From contig JAIRKD010000086.1 in assembly GCA_031260285.1 (NCBI GenBank), positions 4,779-68,778 on the forward strand: a DNA stretch of 64,000 bases. Direction: 5' to 3'. Positions within the stretch are counted from its first letter, which is position 1. Each line of letters starts with the position of its first letter. Below are positions 1 to 9,853 of this stretch, piece by piece. A program made the translations under genes and the position numbers. Under the pieces are notes generated by a model. It was given only the letters and a program-made list of their open reading frames with translations, had not been told where the DNA came from and ran no database searches. This stretch comes from Gemmatimonadota bacterium (lineage in GTDB: Bacteria > Gemmatimonadota > Gemmatimonadetes > Longimicrobiales > Longimicrobiaceae).

Positions 1-956
1 GCGCCCGCATCCGCGAGGGCTCGCGCGTTATGGAACTGATGGTTCGCGGCAGCGTGCGGGAACGGGACAAGAATCCCCGGAACCCCCCAGGCACAGAGCT
101 CAGCGAGCATCATCGCGCCAGACCGGGAGATTGCGAGGTCCGCAACAGCGAGTGCCTTCGGCATGTCGTTGATATACGGCTCTGCGCGTACCCAGTCTCC
201 GATCCCCAGCCGCTCAACTCCGGCGGCAACCGCTGCGTGGTTCGCGGGCCCTGTCGCCCAGAGGATCGAGAGCCCTTCCGGCCGCGTGCGCCCCGACTCA
301 ACAACCTCGGTGAGGTCACGAAGGAGCGCCTCATTTACGAGCCGGGCACCCTGACTGCCGCCGACAACCAGAACCACCGGACCCTCTCCCAGACCGAACC
401 GCCTGCGCGCTTCCTCGCGGTTGATGGACCGGTCGGGCGGGGCGATCGGATTTCCCATCTCGAAGACCTTCGTGCGCGACCCCATCTTCAGGAGCGCGCG
501 GGCTTCGGGGAACGCCAGGAAGATCTGCCGAACGCGCGACGCGAGAAGGCGGGTGGTGATCCCCGGGTAGGAGTTCTGCTCCTGAATCGCCGTCGGAACA
601 CCCCGCATGATCCCCCACGCGACCACCGGCCCGCTTGCGTACCCTCCCGTTCCAACCACCAGATCCGGCCGGAACTCCCGGAAGACACGCCGGATTCCGC
701 TGAACGCACTGAAGAGAGCGGGAACCAGCCGCCAGTTGGTCCACACCCGGCTCCGGCGGATCGGCTCAAACGGCAGCAACTCGTGAGGCACACCACGTTC
801 GGGAAGAACACGGGCTTCCACCCCCCGCTTCGCGCCCAGGAAAAAGATCTCCGCCCCACCCGGCAGCGCTTGGAACGCGCTGGCCAGCGCAAGCGCCGGG
901 TAGAGATGACCACCCGTTCCACCACCGGCGAAGAGCACGCGGGGAGGACGACTCAT
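1..956 (-). CDS. murG: MurG, undecaprenyl-PP-MurNAc-pentapeptide GlcNAc transferase (C-terminal end runs off the window)
   Basis: Absent from the ORF track because the frame has no stop inside the window. My reverse-complement translation from ATG at 956 reads MSRPPRVLFAGGGTGGHLYPALALASAF...DLVVGTGGYASGPVV...VVGGSQGAR...ISRSGAMMLAELCAWGVPGILVPFPHAAANHQ. This shows the GGTGGH G-loop and glycosyltransferase-28 motifs. ATGA start/stop overlap with ftsW at 953-956. Expected dcw position. Confidence 0.9.
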   Translation of the reverse strand, partial: MSRPPRVLFAGGGTGGHLYPALALASAFQALPGGAEIFFLGAKRGVEARVLPERGVPHELLPFEPIRRSRVWTNWRLVPALFSAFSGIRRVFREFRPDLVVGTGGYASGPVVAWGIMRGVPTAIQEQNSYPGITTRLLASRVRQIFLAFPEARALLKMGSRTKVFEMGNPIAPPDRSINREEARRRFGLGEGPVVLVVGGSQGARLVNEALLRDLTEVVESGRTRPEGLSILWATGPANHAAVAAGVERLGIGDWVRAEPYINDMPKALAVADLAISRSGAMMLAELCAWGVPGILVPFPHAAANHQFHNARALADAG

Positions 957-2185
957 GTCTTTGTCTCCACGCTCCGGAGCGACGCCCGGGCCACCGAGAG
1001 AAGCATCCCCACAGCGATAAACGCGATAAGCAATCCACTCCGGCCGTACGACATGAACGGCAGATTCACACCCGTTGTGGGAAGCAGCGCCAGCGCGACC
1101 CCCATATGCAGGAGCGCTGAAACCACAATCAGGTTGGTCATTCCGACAGCGAGCAGGTACCCGAAGAGATCGGGCGCACCCCGGGCAATCCGGTAACCCA
1201 GAAGACCAAACGCGATAAAAAGCGTAAGGATGAAGCAGACCCCGATCAGGCCCCACTCCTCGCCGATCATGGAGAAGAGGAAGTCGTTATGCAGTTCGGG
1301 CAGGAATCCGAACTTCTGTCGGCTCCCCCCCAGCCCCATGCCTGTGATTCCACCCGAGCCCACCGCAATCAGCGACTGATGGATCTGGTAGGTCACACCA
1401 TTGGGGTCCGCCATCGGATCGAGGAATCCGATAATCCGGCGCATCCGGTAACCAGCGCTCTGGATCTGATTCCAGGCGAGCGGTACAGTCACCATCCCCA
1501 GGAGGATGAAGTGACCGATCCGGGCACCTCCCGCGAAGAGCACCAGTGCCGCCAGCAGCGGGAGCAGCACCGCCGCCGAGAAGTTCGGCTGCATCAGAAC
1601 GGGAAGAGCAACCGCGAACCAGACAACCAGAAAGGGAAGCAGCCCCTTCCGGAAGGAGTGCAGTCGCTCCTGCTTCTTCACCGCAAGCGCGGCGGTCCAG
1701 ACAATCAGCGTGATCTTGGCGAATTCCGATGGCTGGATGGACACCCCGAGATGGATCCACCGCCTCGCCCCGTTCACCGTCGGCGCAATCGCCTCGGTAC
1801 CCGGCATCACAATGATGATGAGAGCGAGGATCGTGGCTCCGATCATCGGCCAGGCGAACCGCTGGAGAGCCCGGTAGTCTGCCTTGGCGAGCACCCCCGC
1901 CAGCAGGAACCCGACAGGCACCCCGAGGAACTGTCTCAGCGCGTAATAGTGCGCCGGAAGTCCCTCTTCCTGGGCCATCAGTGCGCTTGCGCTGTAAAGC
2001 TCCACCAGCCCGCAGAAGACCATCAGCAGCACGAGGACGAAAAGCGCTGCAGGCTCCCACCCCGCGAGGCGGTAGACCGGCTCCGTCGTGGCACGCGACC
2101 GGATCGAACGCGCGGCCTCAAGCACACCGGCGGACGCCCTGGACCACCGCGGCCGCGATTCAGCCCCCTGAATCAACGTCGTCAT
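953..2185 (-). CDS. ftsW: FtsW/RodA/SpoVE-family peptidoglycan glycosyltransferase (cell division FtsW)
   Basis: 410 aa polytopic membrane ORF with SEDS-family motifs (RRWIHLG..SIQPSEFAK, GGSRQKFGFLPE.HNDF). Located between murD and murG. ATGA overlaps at both ends. Confidence 0.9.
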   Translation of the reverse strand: MTTLIQGAESRPRWSRASAGVLEAARSIRSRATTEPVYRLAGWEPAALFVLVLLMVFCGLVELYSASALMAQEEGLPAHYYALRQFLGVPVGFLLAGVLAKADYRALQRFAWPMIGATILALIIIVMPGTEAIAPTVNGARRWIHLGVSIQPSEFAKITLIVWTAALAVKKQERLHSFRKGLLPFLVVWFAVALPVLMQPNFSAAVLLPLLAALVLFAGGARIGHFILLGMVTVPLAWNQIQSAGYRMRRIIGFLDPMADPNGVTYQIHQSLIAVGSGGITGMGLGGSRQKFGFLPELHNDFLFSMIGEEWGLIGVCFILTLFIAFGLLGYRIARGAPDLFGYLLAVGMTNLIVVSALLHMGVALALLPTTGVNLPFMSYGRSGLLIAFIAVGMLLSVARASLRSVETKT

Positions 2186-3555
2186 CCGAGTTCCTCCTCC
2201 ACGATCCGGCGGAACTCCCGGCCTCTGTGTTCGTAGCTCTCAAACATGTCATAACTTGAGCAGGCAGGAGAAAGCAGCACCGTATCCCCCGACTCCGCAT
2301 GAGCGGCCGCCCGCGCCAGAACCACCTCAAACCTGCCTTCCACCTTCTCCACCGGAATCGCCCCACCCAGATCCGCCACGACCTGATCCGCGGCCTCTCC
2401 GTAAGCGATCACCTGTTTGACACGCCCTTCCATCCGTGGAATCAGCTTCCGGTACGGTTCGCCCTTGTGGCGGCCACCCAGGAGCAGAACCGTCGGACGG
2501 TCCATTCCACGGATCGCCACAAGCGTGGACGCGATGTTGGTCGCCTTCGAATCGTTGATCCAGAGGACTCCATTCTTCTCTGCCACCGGCTCCAGCCGGT
2601 GCGGGATCGGAGAGAAGGAGCGCAGCCCCTCCGCCAGCCGGTCAATCGGAGCGCCTACCAGATACGCCGCGAGCGCAGCGAAAAGCGCGTTGGCGACGTT
2701 GTGCGGACCTCGGATCTTCAGCTCGGACGAGGCCAGAATCCGGTGGTTCTCGCTATCCGGACGAAGGGTGAGCCATCCGTCAGCGGAGAGATATCCACCG
2801 CGCTCACCCGGTTCGAGCGGGCTTTCGATGCGCACCACATATCGCTCACCAGGCGCATCACCCGGGAGCGCCAGAGCCTCTTCATCCTCTCCATTCAGCA
2901 CCCACCGGCTGCGCGGCGAAGCGCCCCGGTACATCTTCGCCTTGTCCGCATAGTACTCCTCAACGGAGCCGTACCAGTCGAGGTGATCGGGAGCGAGGTT
3001 CGTAAGCACCCCCACGGAACAGGCGAAGTCGGTGGTTGCGCCGAGCTGGAATGAACTGGCCTCAACAACCGCTACTGCCGGCTGCGGCTCCCGCAGCGCA
3101 AGCTCCGACAGGGCAACACCGATGTTCCCCCCCGCTTCCGCATCAATCCCCGCCGTCCGCAGAAGATGAGCGATCAGCGCGGTAACGGTTGTCTTGCCGT
3201 TGGTGCCGGTAACGGTAACCACGGGTGCCGAGAGCTCATGGAAGGCGAACTCGATTTCAGGCACAACCGGGATCCCCGCAATCCCGGGCGCGGACAGGAT
3301 CTTCGCGGTGAGCGGAATCCCCGGGCTCAGCACAATCCGGGAGCAGGCGGCTAGCTTCTCCAGGTCGTGAACACCCGTATCCACATCCGCCCCGAGCGCC
3401 CGGAGCTGCACAGCCGCGGCCTCGGTCGCCTCGTTGCGGGAAAGGTCGCTGGCGTAGACTTCCGCACCCTGCTTCAGCGCCAGACGCGACGCCGCAACAC
3501 CGCTGCGCGCCAGCCCCAGCACCCCGATCCGTTCGCCCGGCCTGATCTCGGTCAT
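2182..3555 (-). CDS. murD: UDP-N-acetylmuramoylalanine--D-glutamate ligase
   Basis: 457 aa. N-terminal Rossmann motif GVLGLARSG. Mur ligase P-loop VTGTNGKTTV. dcw position. Confidence 0.95.
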   Translation of the reverse strand: MTEIRPGERIGVLGLARSGVAASRLALKQGAEVYASDLSRNEATEAAAVQLRALGADVDTGVHDLEKLAACSRIVLSPGIPLTAKILSAPGIAGIPVVPEIEFAFHELSAPVVTVTGTNGKTTVTALIAHLLRTAGIDAEAGGNIGVALSELALREPQPAVAVVEASSFQLGATTDFACSVGVLTNLAPDHLDWYGSVEEYYADKAKMYRGASPRSRWVLNGEDEEALALPGDAPGERYVVRIESPLEPGERGGYLSADGWLTLRPDSENHRILASSELKIRGPHNVANALFAALAAYLVGAPIDRLAEGLRSFSPIPHRLEPVAEKNGVLWINDSKATNIASTLVAIRGMDRPTVLLLGGRHKGEPYRKLIPRMEGRVKQVIAYGEAADQVVADLGGAIPVEKVEGRFEVVLARAAAHAESGDTVLLSPACSSYDMFESYEHRGREFRRIVEEELG

Positions 3556-3628
3556 GAATCACCCTTCCCCTGGCTCATCGGTTCCGGCCATGGTCCCGCA
3601 CCTTCCACTTCAACCCGTGGTTCGTGAG

Positions 3629-4804
3629 TCATCGGATCTTCAGCGTCGCGATTGCGATCATCGCGAAGAGAAGCCCGAGAATCCAGAACCGGATGATCAC
3701 CTTGCTCTCCGGCCAGCCCATCTGTTCGAAGTGATGGTGGAGAGGGGCCATCCTGAAAATCCGCTGCCCGGTACCCGTCCGATGCCGGGTCCATTTGAAA
3801 TAAAGCGTCTGCGAAGCCACGGAGAGCGCTTCCAGAACAAACACGCCCCCGATGATCGCGAGGAGGAACTCGGCGCGAAGAAGCACCGCGATTGCCCCGA
3901 GCACCCCGCCCACCGCCAGCGACCCCGTGTCTCCCATGAAGACCTCCGCCGGGTGCGCGTTGAACCAGAGGAACCCGATGCACCCTCCGGCCAGCGCAAC
4001 GCAGAAGATCGCCAGCTCACCCGCCCCGGGCAGGTAGAAGATGTTCAGATAATCCGAAGCATCCACCCGGCCCATGACGTAAGCGAAGATCCCGAAGGTC
4101 GCCGCGGCAATCGCGGTCAGCCCCGCGGCCAGCCCATCCAGACCATCCGTCAGATTCACCGCGTTTGAACTGCCCGTGATGATGAAAGCGACAAACAGGA
4201 TGTACGCCCACCCGTAGGTGAAGTCGACATGGTAGGTCTTGAAAAACGGGATCTGCGTCCAGGTCGCCGGCACCTCGGAAAACGGGGCAAGGATCAGCAG
4301 GAGCCCGAGCAGAAGACCGATTGTCACCTGACCGACAATCTTGTACCGGCCGATCAGCCCCTCCGTCCGCTTGCGGACGACCTTGAGGTAGTCATCCATG
4401 AAGCCCAGCGCAGCGAGCCAGATGAGCACCACCATCGCGGTGAGCGTGAACCGGTTTGTCAGGTCCGCCCAGAGAAGGGTTGTGATCACCGTGGCGAAAA
4501 CAATCAGCACTCCCCCCATTGTGGGCGTGCCGGACTTCCCGAGGTGCGTCTTCGGCCCCTCGACCCGGACTACCTGACCGACCTTCAGCATCCTCAACCG
4601 GTTGATGACCGGCGGCCCCAGAAGAAACGCGGTCAGAAACGCCGTCACCACCGCCCCAGCCGCCCGGAACGTCTGGTAGCTGAAAAGGTTGAAGATGATG
4701 TGATACTCGGACAGCGGTGCCAGGAAATGGTAAAGCAAGCTCGCTACGCCTGAATGATGGTGATGAAACGCCCGCGTATCCCCCGTTGACCAGCCGCCCT
4801 GCAC
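3629..4804 (-). CDS. mraY: Phospho-N-acetylmuramoyl-pentapeptide transferase
   Basis: Polytopic membrane ORF with MraY motifs (DDYLKV, NAVNLTDGLDGLA, MGDTGSLAVGG, APLHHHFE). Start uncertain: GTG at 4804, or TTG at 4738 giving LLYHFLAPL. Confidence 0.93.
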   Translation of the reverse strand: MQGGWSTGDTRAFHHHHSGVASLLYHFLAPLSEYHIIFNLFSYQTFRAAGAVVTAFLTAFLLGPPVINRLRMLKVGQVVRVEGPKTHLGKSGTPTMGGVLIVFATVITTLLWADLTNRFTLTAMVVLIWLAALGFMDDYLKVVRKRTEGLIGRYKIVGQVTIGLLLGLLLILAPFSEVPATWTQIPFFKTYHVDFTYGWAYILFVAFIITGSSNAVNLTDGLDGLAAGLTAIAAATFGIFAYVMGRVDASDYLNIFYLPGAGELAIFCVALAGGCIGFLWFNAHPAEVFMGDTGSLAVGGVLGAIAVLLRAEFLLAIIGGVFVLEALSVASQTLYFKWTRHRTGTGQRIFRMAPLHHHFEQMGWPESKVIIRFWILGLLFAMIAIATLKIR

Positions 4805-4893
4805 CCTGCTCTTTCAGCCCGACCCCCCGCATCAACCCCATCTGATAAGCCTGCTGGTTTCAGACAGGAATCGTCAGAAACGGGTCGACAGTC

Positions 4894-6288
4894 TTATTCC
4901 CCGAACCGTTCGGTCATCAGCTCCAGCCAGTGCTCCAGCCGGTCTCCGCGTGATGCCTTGAGCAGTACGATGTCGGTTTCACGCAGCTGGGGTGCAATGA
5001 TCTCGAACGCCGCACTGGAGTCCGCCGCGATGATGAGATGCTCACCCAGACGGGCCCGGTGCCGCTCAAACGCGGGGCCGAACTCACCTGTTGCGATCAC
5101 CAGATCAATCCGTTCACCCACAACCTTGGCGATCCGGTCCGCAACCCCGGCGTGCAGGCGGACGGACTGACCCCCGAGTTCACGCATCGTCCCCAGCACG
5201 GCGATTTTGCGGCCCTTCCCGGGGATTGAAGTCAACAGCTCGATCGCGGCCTCCACGCTGGGGGGGTTTGCGTTGTAGCAGTCCGCGAGCACCCGAACCC
5301 CTCCGATCGTGAGCCATTCCCCGCGCAGCTTCGGGAGCGAGACGCTGCTCAGGCCACGAACGGCTTCGCGCGAATGGATCCCCAGCTCAGCGGCGATCCC
5401 CAGTGCCAGCAGCGCGTTACGTACATTCAGCCGACCCGGGATGGGCAGTCGGACTTCGACTCCACGGTACCGCCAGAGGGTTGTGCCGTTCTCAAGCACA
5501 TGAATCCCCCGATCGCCACCGTCGGGTCGCAGATCGGACCCCTCCCGGACTCCGGCCAGCTTCACCCGCCGCCGGCCGATTGCCTCACGCGCGGCACGCG
5601 GGAGCGAATCCGGCTCTTCCGCGACAAACGCCTTCCCGTCGCGGTGAAGGCCCTCCAGCACAGAGATCTCCTCGCGAAGCACCCCTTCCAGATCGCCCAG
5701 AAGTTCGAGGTGCTCTTCGCCGATCGCGGGAATCACCACATGATCGGGCCGCACAATCGCTGTGAGAATCGAGATCTCGCCGGGCATGTTGGTGCCCATC
5801 TCGACAACCAGCACCTCCGCGTCGTCCGGAGCGCTCAGCAGCGTCAGTGGCACCCCGACCTGATTGTTGAGGTTGCCGGTGGTCGCGTGAGTCCGGAACC
5901 GGGTTGAAAGGACCGAGCGGATCAGCTCCTTGGTCGTTGTCTTCCCGTTGCTCCCCGCAACCCCGATCACTATTGCCTTGAGCCTGCTCCGCCGGTACGC
6001 CGCAAGCTGACCGAGCGCCGTGAGAGTATCCGGCACGACATACCGGGAAAGCCCCGCCGGCACCGTTACCGCCTCATCACTCACCACCACCCCGGCCGCG
6101 CCAGCCTCAGCCGCAGCAGCAAGAAAGTTGTGACCATTGAAATGCTCACCCACCAGCGCGACAAACAGGTCACCCTGACCAACAGTCCGCGTATCGGTTG
6201 AGACACCCCGGTACGCCCGTTCATCTACGGGCCCCTCAAGCCCCAGCGCTTCCCGCACACTGGCGTCGGTCCAGAACGTCTCATTCAT
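4894..6288 (-). CDS. murF: UDP-N-acetylmuramoyl-tripeptide--D-alanyl-D-alanine ligase
   Basis: 464 aa. Mur ligase P-loop GVAGSNGKTTTKE. Sits between murE and mraY. Confidence 0.93.
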   Translation of the reverse strand: MNETFWTDASVREALGLEGPVDERAYRGVSTDTRTVGQGDLFVALVGEHFNGHNFLAAAAEAGAAGVVVSDEAVTVPAGLSRYVVPDTLTALGQLAAYRRSRLKAIVIGVAGSNGKTTTKELIRSVLSTRFRTHATTGNLNNQVGVPLTLLSAPDDAEVLVVEMGTNMPGEISILTAIVRPDHVVIPAIGEEHLELLGDLEGVLREEISVLEGLHRDGKAFVAEEPDSLPRAAREAIGRRRVKLAGVREGSDLRPDGGDRGIHVLENGTTLWRYRGVEVRLPIPGRLNVRNALLALGIAAELGIHSREAVRGLSSVSLPKLRGEWLTIGGVRVLADCYNANPPSVEAAIELLTSIPGKGRKIAVLGTMRELGGQSVRLHAGVADRIAKVVGERIDLVIATGEFGPAFERHRARLGEHLIIAADSSAAFEIIAPQLRETDIVLLKASRGDRLEHWLELMTERFGE

Positions 6289-6290
6289 AT

Positions 6291-7802
6291 TCAGCTGTCT
6301 CCCCCGGTCGCCGTTTCGCCGTTTGTGCGTTCCGCCAGGATCTCCGCGATGATCTTCCGCTCATCAAACGGAAAGGACTCGTCGCCTCGGATCTGGTAGG
6401 TCTCGTGACCCTTGCCGGCCACGAGAATCGCGTCCTCCGGAGTGGCAAGCGCAATCGCACGGGCGATTGCTTCTTTGCGGTTGATGATCCGTTCCCGCGG
6501 ACCAGCCCCCATTCCCGCTTCGATATCATCAGCGATCGCGTCCGGATCTTCATGGCGCGGATTATCACTGGTCACAATCGCGAGGTCAGCCAGTTCAGCA
6601 ACCACCCGACCCATCTCCGGGCGCTTCCCCCGGTCGCGGTCTCCCCCTGCCCCGAAGACCACAATCAGGCGCCCCTCCACCATCGGACGCAGGGCGCTGA
6701 TCGCCCGCTCAAGCGCATCCGGGGTATGCGCAAAGTCGATCACGATCCGGGGCCCTCCCGGTACCGGCACCCGCTCCATCCGGCCGGGCACCTGGCCCAG
6801 AGTGGCGAGTGCCTCCGCGATCTCGTTTGCAGTCCAGCCCAGCCCCCAGAGCGCGGTCGCCGCGCCCAGAGCGTTATAGACGTTGTAGAGCCCGACAACC
6901 GGCATGGTCACCGGAGACGTACAGGACGGTGTCCAGAGCTTCCAGCTCACACCATCCCCGCTCATCTCGATATCCTCGGCGAGCACCTCTCCCTCACCCT
7001 GCGTACCGAAGCGGATGACATGCGCATCCGCACGGGTGACCTCCGCCCATGCAGGGTCGTCCGCGTTTACGGCGATCACCCCGCCCGACCGGACCAGATC
7101 CACCAGCCCGAGCTTTGCCGCGCGGTACGACTCCAGATCTCCGTGGTAGTCGAGATGATCACGGGTGAGGTTGGTAAAGATCGCCGCCGAGAAAACCGCC
7201 GCCGCTACCCGTCCCTGCTCCAGCGCATGGGACGAAACCTCCATCGCAACCGACCGGACGCCTTCGTCCGCGAGCCCGCGCAGTTCGCGGGCAAACTGGA
7301 TCGGGCCCGGCGTTGTCAGCCCCTCGCTGCCGGGAACGAGCTGGCCGTCTGCTCCGATCAGACCGAGTGTTCCAATGCTCGCCGCGGGACCTTTTGTCCC
7401 GAGAAGATGCCGCAGTATCGAAGCGGTTGTGGTCTTGCCGTTTGTTCCGGTGACCCCGACCAGCGTCATCTCTTTCCAGGGATCGCTGAAGAACTCCGCC
7501 GCCGCAAAGGCAACGGCGGCCCGGCTCTTCGTCACCACGATCTGGGGGATGGAGATTCCTTCAACGGGCTTCTCGACAAGCGCCGCTGCCGCTCCCGCTT
7601 CGGCAACCGCCGGCAGATAGCTGTGCCCATCCACCACTGCTCCCCGAACCGCGCAGAAGAGGCTTCCCGCCGGGACCGTCCGCGAGTCCGAGGTTATCGC
7701 GTGAACAGAGACGTCCCGAATACCGGCAGAACCGGCGATCTCACGCACCAGCAGACCTTCCTGCCGAAGGCGCCCGGCGATCCGTAAAAGAGGCACGCTC
7801 AT
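6291..7802 (-). CDS. murE: UDP-N-acetylmuramoyl-L-alanyl-D-glutamate--2,6-diaminopimelate ligase
   Basis: 503 aa. P-loop GVTGTNGKTTTAS. C-terminal DNPR motif (TSDNPRHEDP), typical of DAP-adding MurE. ATGA overlap with the ftsI stop. Confidence 0.93.
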   Translation of the reverse strand: MSVPLLRIAGRLRQEGLLVREIAGSAGIRDVSVHAITSDSRTVPAGSLFCAVRGAVVDGHSYLPAVAEAGAAAALVEKPVEGISIPQIVVTKSRAAVAFAAAEFFSDPWKEMTLVGVTGTNGKTTTASILRHLLGTKGPAASIGTLGLIGADGQLVPGSEGLTTPGPIQFARELRGLADEGVRSVAMEVSSHALEQGRVAAAVFSAAIFTNLTRDHLDYHGDLESYRAAKLGLVDLVRSGGVIAVNADDPAWAEVTRADAHVIRFGTQGEGEVLAEDIEMSGDGVSWKLWTPSCTSPVTMPVVGLYNVYNALGAATALWGLGWTANEIAEALATLGQVPGRMERVPVPGGPRIVIDFAHTPDALERAISALRPMVEGRLIVVFGAGGDRDRGKRPEMGRVVAELADLAIVTSDNPRHEDPDAIADDIEAGMGAGPRERIINRKEAIARAIALATPEDAILVAGKGHETYQIRGDESFPFDERKIIAEILAERTNGETATGGDS

Positions 7803-9853
7803 TGTGCAGCTACCAGAGTCAGAGTGCTTCCCCGCTCCATCGTGGAGCCGGCCACCGGTTCCGTCCGGACGATCTTCCCCGAACCGCGTACCTTCACAGC
7901 GAGCCCTGCCTCATGCCCGAGCCGGGCGGCTTCACGCACACTCAACCCCGCCAGAGGAGGAACCGCGACCTTTACCGTCTCCTCCTTCACCTCAGCAACA
8001 GCCTGTGGCCGGTTGAGCAGATCAATCACCTCAGGCTCATTCACCGGGGGAAGCAGACTGCCCGGCAGCTCCATCCCCCGCGCCACAGACGAAAGGCTCT
8101 CGACCCCCTGCGAGGGACGGGCGACCGCCGCCGCCACAGCCGGCATGCCGCTCCGGGTTATCAGAAGTGAGCGCCCATCCAGCGTCCCCGTACGCGCCGC
8201 CAGAATCCCGTGCAGCGTTTCGCGAGTGACAGGCGCCGCTGTAAGGCCGCCGTAATAATCACCTCGCGGCTCATCAAGCTTCACGAAGATCACTATTGTC
8301 GGAGCCTCCGCCGGAAACCAGCCGGCGAACGTTGAGGTATAGGCTCCGGCGGCGTACCCGCCGGACGGCAGCACCCGGCGTGAGGTGCCCGTCTTGCCCG
8401 CGACGGCAAACGTCGCCAGCGAGGCACGCGTTGCGGTTCCTTCCGCGACCACCCCCTGCAGGAGTCCGGACACCGAGTCCGCGATCGCCTCCGGGATCAC
8501 CCGGCGAATCACCTCCGGCCCCTTTGTCTCCACCACCCGACCCCCCGTGCTTCGCACTTCCTTGACCAGATACGGCTTCATCAGCACACCGCCGTTTGCC
8601 AGCGCGCCAAAAGCCGCCAGCATCTGCAGTGGCGTCACGGACAGTTCGTAGCCCATGGCGAGACTCGCCTGGCTGAGCGACGACCAGCTGGCCGGTCTCC
8701 GCAGAAGGCCGGTCGACTCCGCCGGGTACTCGATCCCTGTGGCGGTACCCAGCCCGAAGTCACGCAGATATGAGTACTGCTGACCGGGGCTCAGAAGCCG
8801 GGACAGCTTCGCAAACGCGATATTGCTCGACTGCTCCAGCGCTTCCCTGACGGTGAGCCACCCTCGCGGGGCGGTGTCCCGGATCGTCCGTGACCCGTCA
8901 CGCCAGGTGCCCATCTCAGCGTAGACCCGGTCGTCCACGGAAGCCCGTCCCTCCGCCAGCAACGCCGCAACCAGGAAGGGCTTCAGGGTGGATCCCGGCT
9001 CATACGGCTCTGTGATCGCGGTCAGCGTCCGGGAGTTCCCCCTCCGCCGGGATACCGCGGCCAGAACCTCCCCCGTCCGCGGATCCCCGATCAGCAGATC
9101 CCCGCCCGATGCACCCGTCCGGCGCATCGCGTCGCGGAGTGCTTCGTCCGCGATCTCCTGCATGTCAAAGTCGATGGTCAGCTGCACGCTTGCACCATCC
9201 ACCGGGCGTACCACGGGAAGCGAGATCGCGGCCTGCACCTGCCCGTCCGCCTCCCGCCGCATGATCGACCAGCCGGCCTCTCCCCGCAGGACGGAGTCCA
9301 TCACCTGCTCGATCCCCCCGAGCGTGCGCCCGTCACGGGCCACAGCGCCGATCAGCTCACGACCCGCATCACCCTGGGGATAGAACCGTTCAAACGAGCG
9401 CTCGAAATAGACACCGCGAATCGAACCGACACTTCCCCTCTGCTCCGCGGAGTACCGGCCGGGAAGCACAACCCAGCGACGCGATCCCCGGAGATCGGAG
9501 GTGACACGAGCGAGAGGAATGCCCAGCGCCTTCGAAAGAGAACGCGCCGCTTCATCCCGGTCGCGGAGCTCGTTGGGCGCCACCGAGACCTGGTACATCT
9601 CATGGCTGATCGCGAGCGGAACACCGTTCCGGTCGTAGATCGCTCCCCGGCGCGGCGGCAGTTCAAGCCGTTCCCGGTGCTGCTCTTCAGCGGCGGAAGC
9701 CCAGGTGTCGTATTCAACGACCTGCAGCTGAACAGCCCGGCCGACAATCGCTCCGCCCGCCAGAAAGAACCCTCCAAGCAGCGTCATGCGACGAAACTTC
9801 CGGGAGCGGTCCGAAACCCTGCTGCCAGCGCGCCGACGTGTACGGCCGCTCAT
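7799..9853 (-). CDS. ftsI: Class B penicillin-binding protein (FtsI-type transpeptidase) with C-terminal PASTA domain
   Basis: The track ORF extends to 10258, but its first 135 codons overlap ftsL in another frame. The ATG at 9853 forms an ATGA overlap with the ftsL stop and is followed by a TM helix (LLGGFFLAGGAIVG). Transpeptidase motifs STLKP (SxxK), SSN and KTGTS are present. The last ~58 aa, VPPLAGLSVREAARLGHEAGLAVKVRGSGKIVRTEPVAGSTMERGSTLTLV, match the PASTA pattern. Confidence 0.9.
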   Translation of the reverse strand: MSGRTRRRAGSRVSDRSRKFRRMTLLGGFFLAGGAIVGRAVQLQVVEYDTWASAAEEQHRERLELPPRRGAIYDRNGVPLAISHEMYQVSVAPNELRDRDEAARSLSKALGIPLARVTSDLRGSRRWVVLPGRYSAEQRGSVGSIRGVYFERSFERFYPQGDAGRELIGAVARDGRTLGGIEQVMDSVLRGEAGWSIMRREADGQVQAAISLPVVRPVDGASVQLTIDFDMQEIADEALRDAMRRTGASGGDLLIGDPRTGEVLAAVSRRRGNSRTLTAITEPYEPGSTLKPFLVAALLAEGRASVDDRVYAEMGTWRDGSRTIRDTAPRGWLTVREALEQSSNIAFAKLSRLLSPGQQYSYLRDFGLGTATGIEYPAESTGLLRRPASWSSLSQASLAMGYELSVTPLQMLAAFGALANGGVLMKPYLVKEVRSTGGRVVETKGPEVIRRVIPEAIADSVSGLLQGVVAEGTATRASLATFAVAGKTGTSRRVLPSGGYAAGAYTSTFAGWFPAEAPTIVIFVKLDEPRGDYYGGLTAAPVTRETLHGILAARTGTLDGRSLLITRSGMPAVAAAVARPSQGVESLSSVARGMELPGSLLPPVNEPEVIDLLNRPQAVAEVKEETVKVAVPPLAGLSVREAARLGHEAGLAVKVRGSGKIVRTEPVAGSTMERGSTLTLVAAQ

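Noticed and set aside
30-1196. 388-aa plus-strand ORF at the window start
   Set aside because: It is antisense to murG and the ftsW 3' end. Its translation is Arg/Pro-rich with no recognisable motifs, whereas the opposite strand gives a textbook MurG. This is a typical GC-rich antisense artefact.
6198-7787. 529-aa plus-strand ORF
   Set aside because: It is antisense to murE, which has clear Mur ligase motifs. The product is Arg/Pro/His-rich low-complexity sequence.
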